Of a stretch of 64,000 nucleotides of DNA, positions 20,078 to 30,669 are shown piece by piece; position 1 is the first letter of the stretch; every line of letters starts with the position of its first letter. The stretch comes from Candidatus Latescibacterota bacterium (lineage in GTDB: Bacteria; Latescibacterota; UBA2968), in assembly GCA_965116885.1 (NCBI GenBank), contig OZ220741.1:608001-672000 (forward strand), read 5' to 3'. A program made the translations under genes and the position numbers. Below the pieces are notes generated by a model. That model saw only the letters and a list, made by a program, of their open reading frames with translations, ran no database searches and was not told the DNA's origin.

Positions 20078-21523
20078 ATGCCCAACAAACCAAACATCCT
20101 CTGGATCTGCACCGACCAGCAGCGCTTTGACACCCTCGGCTGTTATGGCAACCCATTCGTACACACCCCCAACCTGGACCGCCTTGCCGAACAAAGCATC
20201 CTCTTTGAAACCGCCTTCTCACAAAGCCCCGTCTGCACGCCCAGCCGATCCAGCTTCCTCACCGGACGCTATCCGCGCACCACGCGCTGCCGGCAAAACG
20301 GACAATCCATACCCGGCGATGAAATCCCCGTCACCAAACTGCTTCACGACGCCGGATACGTATGTGGCCTATCCGGCAAACTCCACCTCTCGGTCTGCAA
20401 CCCCAGCGCGTGTCACGGCACAGAACGCCGCATAGACGACGGCTATGACCAGTTCTTCTGGTCGCACGATCCCGCCCCCAGATGGCCCACCAACGACTAT
20501 CACCAGTGGTTGCGCGACAAGAGCCTGAAGCGCGACGTCCAGCCCTTCCCGGATTCTCAATACGTACAGACACTCCCCTCTGAAGAACACAGCCAGACCA
20601 CCTATTGCATCCAGCGCGCCATCACCTTCATCCGCCGATGCGCTGAAGAAAACATGCCCTGGACCTTCTCTCTCAACCCCTTTGACCCCCATCACGCCTT
20701 TGATCCCCCGCGCGAAGACCTCGAACGCTACCGCGATATAATCGACGACATCCCCTTGCCCAACTACACCGAAGGCGAACTCGACGACAAACCCATCTGG
20801 CAACGCATCGATCACAGCGGCTCTTACGGCGGCAAAGGCATGTATGCCTACGACCAGATGACAGACACCGATCACCGCTGGATCACTGCGGCGTACTGGG
20901 CCATGGTCGATGTCATCGACCGGCAGATCGGCCACCTGCTCGACTGCCTCGAAGAAACCGGTCAACGCGACAACACCTATATCATCTTCACCTCTGACCA
21001 CGGCGAAATGCTCGGCGACCACGGCATCTACCTCAAAGGACCCTTCTTCTACGAACCCGCTGTGCGCGTCCCCCTCCTCATCTCAGGACCCGGCCTTCGC
21101 AACGACGGCTCGCGATCATCCGCACTCGTCGAACTCGTTGACCTCGCACCCACCATCCTCGAATGGGTCGGCCTCGACCGCCATCCCGCCATGCAGGGCC
21201 GCACGCTCCAACCCCTCCTGAAAGGCGACGCGCCCCTCAACCAGCACCGCGACGACATCTACTGCGAATATTACAACGCCATGCAGGGCCACAAAAATCC
21301 GCCCGCCCATGCCACCATGGTACGCACCGACCGCTACAAACTCGTCGCCGCACACGGCACTGGCGGTGGCGAACTCTACGACCTCGAAACCGACCCCACT
21401 GAAACGCACAACCAGTGGAACAACCCCGACTACACCACCGTAAGACTCGACCTCATGACCCGCCTTGCCGACCGCATGGCCTGGACCGTAGATCCTCTAC
21501 CTCCAAGAGAAGCCGGATTTTAG
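20078..21523 (+). CDS. Sulfatase
   Basis: PNILWICTDQQR, CTPSR, GKLH, FTSDHG. Confidence 0.93.
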   Translation: MPNKPNILWICTDQQRFDTLGCYGNPFVHTPNLDRLAEQSILFETAFSQSPVCTPSRSSFLTGRYPRTTRCRQNGQSIPGDEIPVTKLLHDAGYVCGLSGKLHLSVCNPSACHGTERRIDDGYDQFFWSHDPAPRWPTNDYHQWLRDKSLKRDVQPFPDSQYVQTLPSEEHSQTTYCIQRAITFIRRCAEENMPWTFSLNPFDPHHAFDPPREDLERYRDIIDDIPLPNYTEGELDDKPIWQRIDHSGSYGGKGMYAYDQMTDTDHRWITAAYWAMVDVIDRQIGHLLDCLEETGQRDNTYIIFTSDHGEMLGDHGIYLKGPFFYEPAVRVPLLISGPGLRNDGSRSSALVELVDLAPTILEWVGLDRHPAMQGRTLQPLLKGDAPLNQHRDDIYCEYYNAMQGHKNPPAHATMVRTDRYKLVAAHGTGGGELYDLETDPTETHNQWNNPDYTTVRLDLMTRLADRMAWTVDPLPPREAGF

Positions 21524-21533
21524 GGAGCAATCA

Positions 21534-21598
21534 GTAGGGGACGGCCCCTGTGCCGTCCCGAACGACAGCAACGGGCGACCACAGGGGGTCGCCCCTAC
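21534..21598. repeat. GTAG-type REP-like palindromes, here as an inverted pair (other copies 14415-14441, 23457-23484, 52450-52476, 57589-57612, 61782-61888)
   Basis: GTAGGGGACGGCCCCTGTGCCGTCCC and GGGCGACCACAGGGGGTCGCCCCTAC recur nearly identically at several gene ends. Confidence 0.85.
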
Positions 21599-21640
21599 CC
21601 ACAACCACATGAATACCACCGATTAATTCAGGAGCATTTC

Positions 21641-23425
21641 ATGCCCGAAACACAGCCGCGCCCCGAACACCCCCGTCCGCAATTTCAGCGCACCACCTGG
21701 CTAAACCTCAACGGCACCTATAACTTCGCCATAGACTCTGGAAAATCCGGCGAAGCCAAAGGCTGGCCCCAAAATCCCGCTGAATTAGACCGCACCATCA
21801 CCGTCCCCTTCTGCCCGGAATCCAGCCTCTCGGGCATTCAACACACGGACTTCATGCCCTCGGTCTGGTATCACAGAACCCTCGACATCCCCGACGAATG
21901 GACGGACAAGCGCGTACTCCTGCACTTCGGCGCGGTCGATTACCACTGCAAAGCCTGGGTCAACGGTCAGCTCATCGGACAGCATTACGGCGGCAGTTCA
22001 TCCTTCACTTATGACATCACAGACGCACTCACGTCTGGCGCGAACCACCTCGTCGTCTGCGCCAATGACGACACGCGCTCAGGCGACCAGCCCTCGGGCA
22101 AACAATGCCCCGACCTCTATTCCCGCGGCTGCCACTACACGCGCGTCACGGGAATCTGGCAAACCGTCTGGCTCGAAGCCGTACCCGAATCGCGCATCGA
22201 AACGGTGCGCATCGTACCCGACCTCGACAGCAGCCGCTTTGTACTCACCCCCACATTCAAAAACGCGCATCGCGGACACACCTTCCGCGCCGTCCTCCTC
22301 AACGGCAAAGAAGAAGTCGCAGTCTCCACCATGCCCGCCACGAGCGGCGCTGCCATGTCCTTGCGCATCAAAAACCCGCAACCCTGGTCGCCAGACAACC
22401 CCCACCTCTACGACCTCCGCTTTGAACTCTGCGATGGCGACACCACCATCGACACCGTCAACAGCTATGCCGGCCTGCGAAAATTTCACATCGAAGGCCA
22501 CAAATTCTACCTCAACAACACCCCCATCTTCCTGCGCCTTGTACTGGACCAGGGATTCTATCCCGACGGAATATGGACCGCTCCATCCGACGACATGCTC
22601 AAAGGCGACATCGAAAAATCGCTCGCCGTCGGCTTCAACGGCGCGCGCCTGCACCAGAAAGTATTCGAAGAACGCTTTCACTACTGGGCCGACAAACTCG
22701 GATACCTCACCTGGGGCGAATACTGCGACTGGGGCATGAACTTCGGCTCACCCCAATCAATACACAACCAGCAACGCGAATGGCGAGAAATCGTCCAGCG
22801 CGACCTCAACCACCCCTCTATCCTCGCCTGGACCCCATACAACGAAACCCGGGGCGGCGCGACCAACCACTTTGAAGCGCATCGCCGTGCCGTACAGGAA
22901 ACCTACGACCTCACCAGAGCACTCGACCCCTCTCGCCCCTGCCACGACACCAGCGGCTACGTACACGTCTGCACGGACATCTACACCGTACACGACTACG
23001 AACAGGACCCCGTCAAATTCAAATCAACTTATGCACCCGTATCCCCCGAAGACTGGGAAAACACCCCCATACGCTTCCCCGAATTGAATGTGCCCTATCA
23101 GGGCCAACCCTACGTCGTCGATGAATACGGCGGCACATGGTGGGATCCCAATGCCGTCGAAACAGAACAGGACGCAGACCGCAAAAGCAGCTGGGGCTAT
23201 GGCAAGCGCCCCACCGACATTGAAGAAGTGTATCACCGCATCGAAAAACTCACAGCCATACTCCTCAACCACCCCAACATCGCGGGGTATTGCTACACCC
23301 AACTCACCGACATCGAACAAGAACAAAACGGCATCTACACCTACGACCGCCGGGAAAAATTCGACGCAAAACGCCTGAAAAAATATTTCGGCGCCCCCGC
23401 GGCGATTGAACGAATAGACGAATAG
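21641..23425 (+). CDS. Glycoside hydrolase family 2 (beta-galactosidase/glucuronidase-like)
   Basis: HPRPQFQR, LHFGAVDY, GIWQTVWLE, LDQGFYPDG, NHPSILAWTPYNE, VVDEYGG, YTQLTDIEQEQNG. Confidence 0.92.
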   Translation: MPETQPRPEHPRPQFQRTTWLNLNGTYNFAIDSGKSGEAKGWPQNPAELDRTITVPFCPESSLSGIQHTDFMPSVWYHRTLDIPDEWTDKRVLLHFGAVDYHCKAWVNGQLIGQHYGGSSSFTYDITDALTSGANHLVVCANDDTRSGDQPSGKQCPDLYSRGCHYTRVTGIWQTVWLEAVPESRIETVRIVPDLDSSRFVLTPTFKNAHRGHTFRAVLLNGKEEVAVSTMPATSGAAMSLRIKNPQPWSPDNPHLYDLRFELCDGDTTIDTVNSYAGLRKFHIEGHKFYLNNTPIFLRLVLDQGFYPDGIWTAPSDDMLKGDIEKSLAVGFNGARLHQKVFEERFHYWADKLGYLTWGEYCDWGMNFGSPQSIHNQQREWREIVQRDLNHPSILAWTPYNETRGGATNHFEAHRRAVQETYDLTRALDPSRPCHDTSGYVHVCTDIYTVHDYEQDPVKFKSTYAPVSPEDWENTPIRFPELNVPYQGQPYVVDEYGGTWWDPNAVETEQDADRKSSWGYGKRPTDIEEVYHRIEKLTAILLNHPNIAGYCYTQLTDIEQEQNGIYTYDRREKFDAKRLKKYFGAPAAIERIDE

Positions 23426-23600
23426 ACGAATAGACGAACCCCGCCCCACCACCCAACGGGCGGGCACAGGGGCACCGCCCCTACATTGATGAATTGTCCC
23501 GAACCAGTTGTACCCCGTTCCGTTGATTCGCTGATGAACTGGCCTGAGAGGCGGCCAGTTGTACCCCGGTCCGTTGATTCGCCGATTCGCTGATTCGCGC
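23408..23600. repeat. Composite of short tandem repeats and hairpin, shared with 2590-2712
   Basis: (CGAATAGA)n, (GATTCGCC/T)n and GAA(C/T)TGGCCTGAGAGGCGGCCA(G/A)TTGTACCCCG present at both loci. Confidence 0.7.
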
Positions 23601-23616
23601 TTTTACAGGAGACCCC

Positions 23617-25536
23617 ATGGACCCCCGATGGCAAAACCTCCCGCACACCAACACCGAATTCACGCCCGCAACATATCCCGACCGCGAAACCTGGGAACGG
23701 GAACGGGCGAGACTCAAAAAGCAAATCCTCTTTGCCGCTGGACTCTGGCCAATGCCCGAAAAGCTCCCGCTCGACATCCACATCTACGACCGCATTGAAC
23801 GAGACGGGTACACCATCGAAAAAGCCTACTTCCAGAGCTTGCCCAACTTCTACGTAGGCGGCAGCCTCTTTCGCTCCCTCGACCCACAACCCAAAAGCCA
23901 CCCCGGCGTCTTAAGCCCACATGGACATGCACAACTGGGCCGCATACAACACGGGGACACATCCTACCCAGGCCGAGGCATCACCTTTGCTCGAATGGGC
24001 TGCACGGCCTTCATGTGGGACATGGTCGATTACAACGACAGCGCCCGGCACCTCTCCGGCGCATACCAGGAAGAAACCTACAGTATTGTACACCGCGCAC
24101 CCTGGCCCCACAAACAGGACGACCGCATGCTCTGGAACATCGGCATCCTCGGCTTTCAACTCTGGAACAGCATCCGCGCGCTCGACTTCCTCTGCGAACT
24201 CCCCGAAGTCGATACCAACCGCCTGGGCTGCACCGGCGAATCGGGCGGCGGCACCCAAACCTATAACCTCTATGCCGTTGACGACCGCCTGCACGTCGCC
24301 GCACCCGTCTGCATGGTCTCCGCCTACATGCAAGGCGGCTGTGTCTGTGAAAACGCCCCTCTGTTGCGCATCGACACCAACAACGTCGATATCGGCGCCA
24401 CCTTCTCGCCCAAACCCCTCATTCTCGTCAGCTCTTCACAGGACTGGACACAACACACTCCCGACGTCGAATACCCCGCCATCAAACGCATCTACGACCT
24501 CTACGACGCCGACGACCGCATCTCTCAAATCCAGATTGACGCGCCCCACGGCTACAACCTCGAAATGCGAGAAGCCGTGTACCGCTGGTTCGCCCGCTGG
24601 CTCGACCTGCCCATTGGCGACGACTTTCGCGAACCCCCTTTTGAAGTCGAAGAACACAAAAACATGCTCGCCTTCTTCAATGGCCTGCCCGACGGCGCAA
24701 TCACCCAACACGAAGACCTCATCCGCCAGTGCATCGCCGCATCCAAAACCGCACTGGAAACATATCGCCCAAACACCCCCGACGCGCTCGCCGCAAATCG
24801 ACGCATCCTGGGCGAAGCACTGCGCATCACCGTCGGCTACGACAACAGCACCGTCACATATCAACACAACTCTGAAGAAAACGGGACACTCATCGGCAAC
24901 CGTCGCAATGTGCGCGTCCCCATCCGCACCTTCGCACCCGAAACCCCGTCCGGCACATCCACCCTCTTAATCCACCCGCATGGCATGGACGCCCTGTACT
25001 TCCCCATCATCCATGCCCTCCTCGACAAAGGTCAAACCGTCTATGCCATAGATCCCTTCGGCACGGGCCAAAACATCGGCGCAGAAAACCCCGAAGAACC
25101 GCGCGGGGGCGAGAGATTCTTCAACACCTTTAACCGCACCGACGACGCCGAGCGCATATACGACATCACACTCACATTGCGCCACATCCCCGATGGCCCG
25201 GTAAACATCGTCGGCTTTGGCAATGCCGGACTCTGGGCCCTCATCGCAGGTGCAATCACAGAACGCACCGACCTGCAAATCGCATCCGATATCAACGCAT
25301 TCAACACCGCAACCGAGAACGACTACCTCAACCGCCTGCCCATCCCCGGCATACTCAAAGCGGGAGGCTTGCCCAACGCCGCCGCCCTCATCGCCCCGAA
25401 CAACTTGCTCTTGCACAACACGGACGACACCTTCGACACCTCATGGGCAGAAGCGGCCTACGCGCTTTATCCCGAAGCGACCCTGACAGTAAAAAATGAC
25501 CTTGCAAAAAACGAGGACCTGATCGATTTTTTGTAA
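23617..25536 (+). CDS. Alpha/beta hydrolase (acetyl-xylan-esterase-like, two domains)
   Basis: VLSPHGH, WNSIRALDFL, GCTGESGGGTQT, GGCVCEN, HGYN. Confidence 0.8.
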   Translation: MDPRWQNLPHTNTEFTPATYPDRETWERERARLKKQILFAAGLWPMPEKLPLDIHIYDRIERDGYTIEKAYFQSLPNFYVGGSLFRSLDPQPKSHPGVLSPHGHAQLGRIQHGDTSYPGRGITFARMGCTAFMWDMVDYNDSARHLSGAYQEETYSIVHRAPWPHKQDDRMLWNIGILGFQLWNSIRALDFLCELPEVDTNRLGCTGESGGGTQTYNLYAVDDRLHVAAPVCMVSAYMQGGCVCENAPLLRIDTNNVDIGATFSPKPLILVSSSQDWTQHTPDVEYPAIKRIYDLYDADDRISQIQIDAPHGYNLEMREAVYRWFARWLDLPIGDDFREPPFEVEEHKNMLAFFNGLPDGAITQHEDLIRQCIAASKTALETYRPNTPDALAANRRILGEALRITVGYDNSTVTYQHNSEENGTLIGNRRNVRVPIRTFAPETPSGTSTLLIHPHGMDALYFPIIHALLDKGQTVYAIDPFGTGQNIGAENPEEPRGGERFFNTFNRTDDAERIYDITLTLRHIPDGPVNIVGFGNAGLWALIAGAITERTDLQIASDINAFNTATENDYLNRLPIPGILKAGGLPNAAALIAPNNLLLHNTDDTFDTSWAEAAYALYPEATLTVKNDLAKNEDLIDFL

Positions 25537-25628
25537 AAAACCTTCTGGATCGCGGCTCAAAAGCATACCGCGATGACGGCTCTATAACGCCTGAAAGCTG
25601 ACCGCTGAACACAAACAGGAAAACAACC

Positions 25629-26864
25629 ATGAACGACCAAATGCAACACGCTCGCGACGTAGCACTCGACATCCTCAAACCATCAAAGCGCGACCTGGAA
25701 CACGGTCTGGAACTTCACGAACACGCCCTCGTCATCGAATCCTACGGCATAGGCCTGCGCTCACCCATCGATCCCGACCCCGTCAACGCTGCCATCGAAG
25801 CAGGCGCGTCTGACCGCGAACTGCAAGACCTCACCGAAGACATGGGCATGACCCGCTGGGCACTCACCCCCGAACTCCGTCGAGAATACCGGGAAATCTG
25901 GCGTGCCTCTGGCGTCACCTGCACCTTTCAAAACGCAGGCGAAGAATGCAACGACCCCCTGCGCCTCATCAAACGCCTTGCCCGACACACGTACAACACC
26001 GACGCCATGTCCGACTTCCTCCAGCGCGCCACCACACCCGACGCCATCGTCGCAGCGCACAAAGCGGGCAAACGCTGCACCTATCTCACCTGCAACGGCA
26101 TTCCACTCGCTGGCGACCAGACCAACCCGGAAGAAGAACTGCGCTTCATCCGCGTCTTTGCACAACTCGGCGCGCGCATGATGCACCTCACGTACAACCG
26201 CCGCAATCCCATCGGAGACGGCTGTGGCGAACCCAACGACGCGGGCTTGAGCGACTTTGGACATGCCACAGTCGCCGAAATGAACCGCCTCGGCATCATC
26301 ATTGACCTCGCCCACACCGGCTGGCAAACCTGCCTCGACACAGCAAAAGCATCCGCACAACCCGTCGTTGTCAGCCACTCCGTCGCCTGCACAGTAAACG
26401 AACACATCCGAAGCAAACCCGACAACATCATCCGCGCGGTACTCGACACCGGGGGCACCATGGGCATCACCAATGTACCCGCATTCCTCGGCGGCAGCGG
26501 CGACATCAGTGCCTTCCTCGACCACATCGACTACGTCGCCAAAACCTTTGGCACCGACGCCGTCACCATCGGCACGGATCGAGGCTACCCCTCTCAATAC
26601 ACCGCCGAAGCCAACCGCAAACTCAACCCCCGTCCCAGACAGCGCAACCGCTGGGAGGCACTCTGGCCGCCCGGAGACCCGCTCCATTCCCCCGAATGGC
26701 GACAACCCCACCAGGGACAAAGCCTCACCTGGACCAACTGGCCCCTCTTCACCGTCGGCCTTGTGCAACGGGGCTACAGCGACGACGACATCGCAAAAAT
26801 CATCGGCGGCAACATCCTCCGCGTAGCTCAGGACGTCTGGAAAAACTCAGCTTACGCGGTCTAA
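25629..26864 (+). CDS. Membrane dipeptidase (peptidase M19) family protein
   Basis: HLTYNRRN, EMNRLGIIIDLAH, VVSHS, DHIDYV, IGTD, KIIGGNILRV. Confidence 0.88.
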   Translation: MNDQMQHARDVALDILKPSKRDLEHGLELHEHALVIESYGIGLRSPIDPDPVNAAIEAGASDRELQDLTEDMGMTRWALTPELRREYREIWRASGVTCTFQNAGEECNDPLRLIKRLARHTYNTDAMSDFLQRATTPDAIVAAHKAGKRCTYLTCNGIPLAGDQTNPEEELRFIRVFAQLGARMMHLTYNRRNPIGDGCGEPNDAGLSDFGHATVAEMNRLGIIIDLAHTGWQTCLDTAKASAQPVVVSHSVACTVNEHIRSKPDNIIRAVLDTGGTMGITNVPAFLGGSGDISAFLDHIDYVAKTFGTDAVTIGTDRGYPSQYTAEANRKLNPRPRQRNRWEALWPPGDPLHSPEWRQPHQGQSLTWTNWPLFTVGLVQRGYSDDDIAKIIGGNILRVAQDVWKNSAYAV

Positions 26865-26886
26865 TAAATAAAAAGGGAGAAAAATC

Positions 26887-28014
26887 ATGAGCAAAGCGCG
26901 TCAAATCTACGAAGACCTGGGCGTTGTGCCTGTAATCAACGCATCGGGATATCAGACAGTTATCGGCGGGTCGCGTGTGGGCACAGAAGTGCAAGCCGCA
27001 ATGGACATAGCGAATCGCTACTTTGCGGACATGGAAGCACTACTCAAAAAAACCGGCGCACTCATCGCCGACACCCTCGGCGCAGAAGCGGCAATGGTCA
27101 CACCCGGATGCGCGGCGGCCTTAGCCCTCAGCTCAGCCGCCTGCATGTCGGGCAGCGACCCCGAAAAAATGGAACAATTGCCCGATACAACGGGTATGAA
27201 ACACCACATTCTAATCCAAAAAAAACAGCGGTATCACTACGACCCGGTACTCACTGTTTTCGGCGCTAAACTCATCGAAGTAGGCGATGAAAACGGAACG
27301 ACCGAAGCCCAACTCGAAGCCGCCATATCAGACCAGACCGCAGCCATCCACTATTTTGCCCCGGGAGGCCAGGAAGGCGTCCTATCCCCTGAAGACGTCG
27401 TCCGCATCGCCCACGCCAATGGGATCCCCGTCATCGTCGATGCAGCGAGCCAGGTCTATCCCCTCGAAACCATGCTAAAATATCCCGACATGGGCGCAGA
27501 CCTGATCGGCTACGGCGCCAAATACATCGGCTCGTGTCACTCCACAGGCATCCTGTGCGGGCGCAAAGACCTGATCGACGCCGCCTATCTCCACTCCTTC
27601 ATCGGTTATGAAACCAGCCCCTACGACACCATAGGCCGCCCGCTAAAAGTAGATCGACAAGAAGTCATCGCCGTCGTCGTTGCCCTGCGCGAATGGTTCA
27701 GCATGGACCACGAAGTGCGCCTATCCGGCTACAAACGCAAATCCGAAGCGCTACTCTCAAACCTGAAGGACATCCCCCACATCACAGCCAAATTCTCAGC
27801 CGACGCACGAAGCCTGAGCAATGGCGTACACATCACAGTCGATGAAACCGCACTGGGCAAAACCGCAGCGCAAATCATCGAAGAACTTCGACAGGGCAAT
27901 CCATCTGTATGGACACGCGGCAGTGCAAATACCTTCCGCGTTGCCGTAACAAATTTCATTGAAGACGACCAGGAAATCGTCACCTCACGCCTGCGCGAAG
28001 TATTGACAAAATAA
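26887..28014 (+). CDS. SelA-like PLP-dependent enzyme (DgaE-type ammonia-lyase family)
   Basis: PVINASG, IVDAASQ, DLIGYGAKYIG, IGRPLKVDRQE; 375 aa. Confidence 0.75.
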   Translation: MSKARQIYEDLGVVPVINASGYQTVIGGSRVGTEVQAAMDIANRYFADMEALLKKTGALIADTLGAEAAMVTPGCAAALALSSAACMSGSDPEKMEQLPDTTGMKHHILIQKKQRYHYDPVLTVFGAKLIEVGDENGTTEAQLEAAISDQTAAIHYFAPGGQEGVLSPEDVVRIAHANGIPVIVDAASQVYPLETMLKYPDMGADLIGYGAKYIGSCHSTGILCGRKDLIDAAYLHSFIGYETSPYDTIGRPLKVDRQEVIAVVVALREWFSMDHEVRLSGYKRKSEALLSNLKDIPHITAKFSADARSLSNGVHITVDETALGKTAAQIIEELRQGNPSVWTRGSANTFRVAVTNFIEDDQEIVTSRLREVLTK

Positions 28015-28042
28015 CCTTGCGACACACAATCCCAACACAAAA

Positions 28043-28072
28043 AACGCCATCAGCAAAATAGCTGATGGCGTT
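28043..28072. terminator. Bidirectional terminator-like hairpin
   Basis: AACGCCATCAGC-AAAATA-GCTGATGGCGTT between convergent genes. Confidence 0.65.
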
Positions 28073-28089
28073 CGTGCTTATAACCTCTC

Positions 28090-28875
28090 TCATCCCCGCG
28101 CGAGATCGCGATACGCTCTGAACAGATCTGAATAATAAGCCACAAACATCCACAGATCGCCCACTCCCTTATCGGGGCGTCGCTCGGTCTCTGCCGACAT
28201 GTAGCCCTCATATCCCTTCTCGTGCAACAGCCGGAACAACTCGCGATACGGATAGCCCTGTCCCGCCAGATCGTGCATATGCACATGATCCAACCAGGGC
28301 CATACCGTATCCAGCGCCTGTTTCACAGACCCATCAACCACATCTTGCGGCACCGAATTCCAGACCAACCCAAAATTCTCGTGATCCACCAGCTCAGCCA
28401 CTGCCCTGCACGCCTGCCAATCGAACTCACCGTGCAACTCCAGGCACGGCTTCACCCCCCTCTCAGCACCGTAATCACACAGCGGCTTCAGCGCCTCTGC
28501 CACCTGATCAATCGTCTGTTCTCTGGACACTTCCGTTGGGAAATTATTCCCAAACACGCGCACGCGAGGCGCGCCCAGATCCGATGCCAGATCCATCCGA
28601 ACCATCGTCTGCTCAATATGATCCCGAAGCTCATCCGGATCCGTATCGTGATACCGGTTACCCGTCGCAACACTCATAATATCGATCCCCATCGCCGCGC
28701 AATCTGCCACCACCTGCTCTCGCTCTGCCGCGTCAATCGACGCCTCCACCCCGTGACCGTGCCCCGCATCCGTCCGAAACTCCACCCCTTCAAACCCGTG
28801 ATCCTTCAACATCTGCAACAAATCCCGTCGGGAAAGCGCCTTCAAAACACCATAAGTCATCCACGAAAGTTTCAT
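28090..28875 (-). CDS. Sugar phosphate isomerase/epimerase
   Basis: GFEGVEFR, CLELHG, HVHMHD, GYEGYMSAE. Confidence 0.85.
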   Translation of the reverse strand: MKLSWMTYGVLKALSRRDLLQMLKDHGFEGVEFRTDAGHGHGVEASIDAAEREQVVADCAAMGIDIMSVATGNRYHDTDPDELRDHIEQTMVRMDLASDLGAPRVRVFGNNFPTEVSREQTIDQVAEALKPLCDYGAERGVKPCLELHGEFDWQACRAVAELVDHENFGLVWNSVPQDVVDGSVKQALDTVWPWLDHVHMHDLAGQGYPYRELFRLLHEKGYEGYMSAETERRPDKGVGDLWMFVAYYSDLFRAYRDLARG

Positions 28876-28914
28876 TCTTTTTCTCCTATCTGGTTAAAAC
28901 TAAAAATCCAGAAC

Positions 28915-30024
28915 CTACAACCTATCCACCTGAGTCTCTCCGCTCTTCAACTCTTCCATAAGCTCATCGTATCGATCCCGATCAACTGGCATAGCGACCT
29001 CTTCTTTTCGCAGAGCCGAAAGCACAATCGCGTTAATCAGCTCCAGCGTTCGCCGCGCCGTCACCCCATCTGTAATCGCCTCCCCCCCATCCAGAATCGC
29101 CGAAACAAAACTCTCCACCAATGTTGGACCGCCCTCATCGGACGGCACATCCTCCCAGTTAATATTTGGCTGATGCCCCTTTGCCCCCTTTATAAACGCC
29201 CGCATAGGCGCTTCGTACCGCCCCAATCGAAACACATCTGGCACCTTTGAATTGGCATTCTTCTCATCCCGAAACTCAATCGTACCCAGATCCCCTGAAA
29301 TCTGCCTGTAATTCAACCGCCTATCGCACGTACTCAACTGCACATTCGCATGGGCACCACAGGCAAAACGGATATTGGCAACAACTGTATCCTCAATCTC
29401 CACCCGATGACCCCAATTGCACATCATCGCAGAAACCGCAACCGGATCGCCCACCATCCAGCACAGCAAATCCAGATCGTGACTCGTCTGATTCATCAGC
29501 ACCCCACCCCCTGCGTGCGCCCAGGTACACCGCCATATATCCCGGTCGTAATATACCTCTGGCCGCGTCTCAATCCACATCCACAGCACCCGGTAAATCT
29601 CTCCCAACGCCCCCTCATCAATCAGTCGCTTCAGCGCGCGATTGCCCGGAAACGTGCGATAATTGTGCCCCACCGCCAGCTTCAAATCCCGCGCCTGTGC
29701 CGCCTCGATCATCCTATCCGCTTCGGAAACCGTATTCGCAATCGGCTTCTCCACAAAAGTATGCAACCCCGCCTCCAAACAATCCAACCCCATCGGCGCG
29801 TGCAGATGGTGCGGCGTAGCAATCACCACCGCATCCAGATCCTCGGCCTCGACCATCTCCCGATAATCGCCCCAGGCGCGCGCACCCCGTTCTTCTCCAA
29901 CCTGCCGCGCATAATCCAGATCCAAATCCGCCACCGCCACCAACTCCGCCCGATCCAGCCCTGAAATCTCCCGCACATGTTGCCCGCCCATACCCTTCAA
30001 ACCGACCACACCGAACCTGACCAT
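28915..30024 (-). CDS. Gfo/Idh/MocA oxidoreductase
   Basis: DAVVIATPHHLH, VEKPIA, GGGVLMNQTSHDLD. Confidence 0.92.
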   Translation of the reverse strand: MVRFGVVGLKGMGGQHVREISGLDRAELVAVADLDLDYARQVGEERGARAWGDYREMVEAEDLDAVVIATPHHLHAPMGLDCLEAGLHTFVEKPIANTVSEADRMIEAAQARDLKLAVGHNYRTFPGNRALKRLIDEGALGEIYRVLWMWIETRPEVYYDRDIWRCTWAHAGGGVLMNQTSHDLDLLCWMVGDPVAVSAMMCNWGHRVEIEDTVVANIRFACGAHANVQLSTCDRRLNYRQISGDLGTIEFRDEKNANSKVPDVFRLGRYEAPMRAFIKGAKGHQPNINWEDVPSDEGGPTLVESFVSAILDGGEAITDGVTARRTLELINAIVLSALRKEEVAMPVDRDRYDELMEELKSGETQVDRL

Positions 30025-30105
30025 AACGCTCTCCTTTTTACTTTCCTATATTGACAAACAACATATCAATCCATAATATATTCAAAAAAACCCGGAGGAC
30101 TCCCC

Positions 30106-30669
30106 ATGTCCAAAACCTTCCAAAATCGCGCCGAAGCCTTTGCCTGGCTCCACCAGCATGACCCCCGTGCGCCCAAAGCCGGGGACCTCGCACCGAACTT
30201 TGAACTATCGGACATCAACGGCGAAAACCCCGTGCGCCTCTCGCAACTATGCAAAGACAAACCCGTTGCACTCATCTTCGGCAGCTTCACATGACCGCCC
30301 TTTGTCCGCGAGGCAGTTAGCTTCCGCGACCTCTATGCAACATATCACAAACAGATCCACTTTCTCGTCATCTACATCCGCGAAGCCCATCCAGAAGACG
30401 GCTGGAAACTCAAAGACACGGGCATCTACGACCCAAAAACCCTTGCGGAACGCCGAAAAGTTGCAAAAACGTGCGAAGATGCCATGCAATACGGCATACG
30501 CACCTACGTTGACGACATAGACGACACCGTCATGAACGACTACGTCGCCTGGCCCGAACGCCTCTACCTGATCGGCACGAACAACCGCATCGCCTATGCG
30601 GGCAAACACGGCCCTTATGGATTCAGCCCCAAAGAACTCAAAGCGGCAATAGATCACATCACCCGTTGA
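30106..30669 (+). CDS. Iodothyronine deiodinase-like selenoprotein
   Basis: ORFs 30106..30294 and 30484..30669 are in one frame across TGA 30292-30294: KPVALIFGSFT-U-PPF...IYIREAHPEDGW...VDDIDD...YVAWPERLY...GPYGF. Confidence 0.92.

Noticed and set aside
26887..28014. Possible selA, given the selenoproteins in the window
   Set aside because: It is short (375 aa), lacks the SelA N-terminal domain and resembles DgaE-like PLP enzymes in a catabolic context.
23921..29964. Long alternative-frame and antisense ORFs (e.g. 23921..24970, 25761..26768, 28222..29250)
   Set aside because: Shadow ORFs overlapping well-supported genes, caused by the strong C-rich plus-strand and codon bias.
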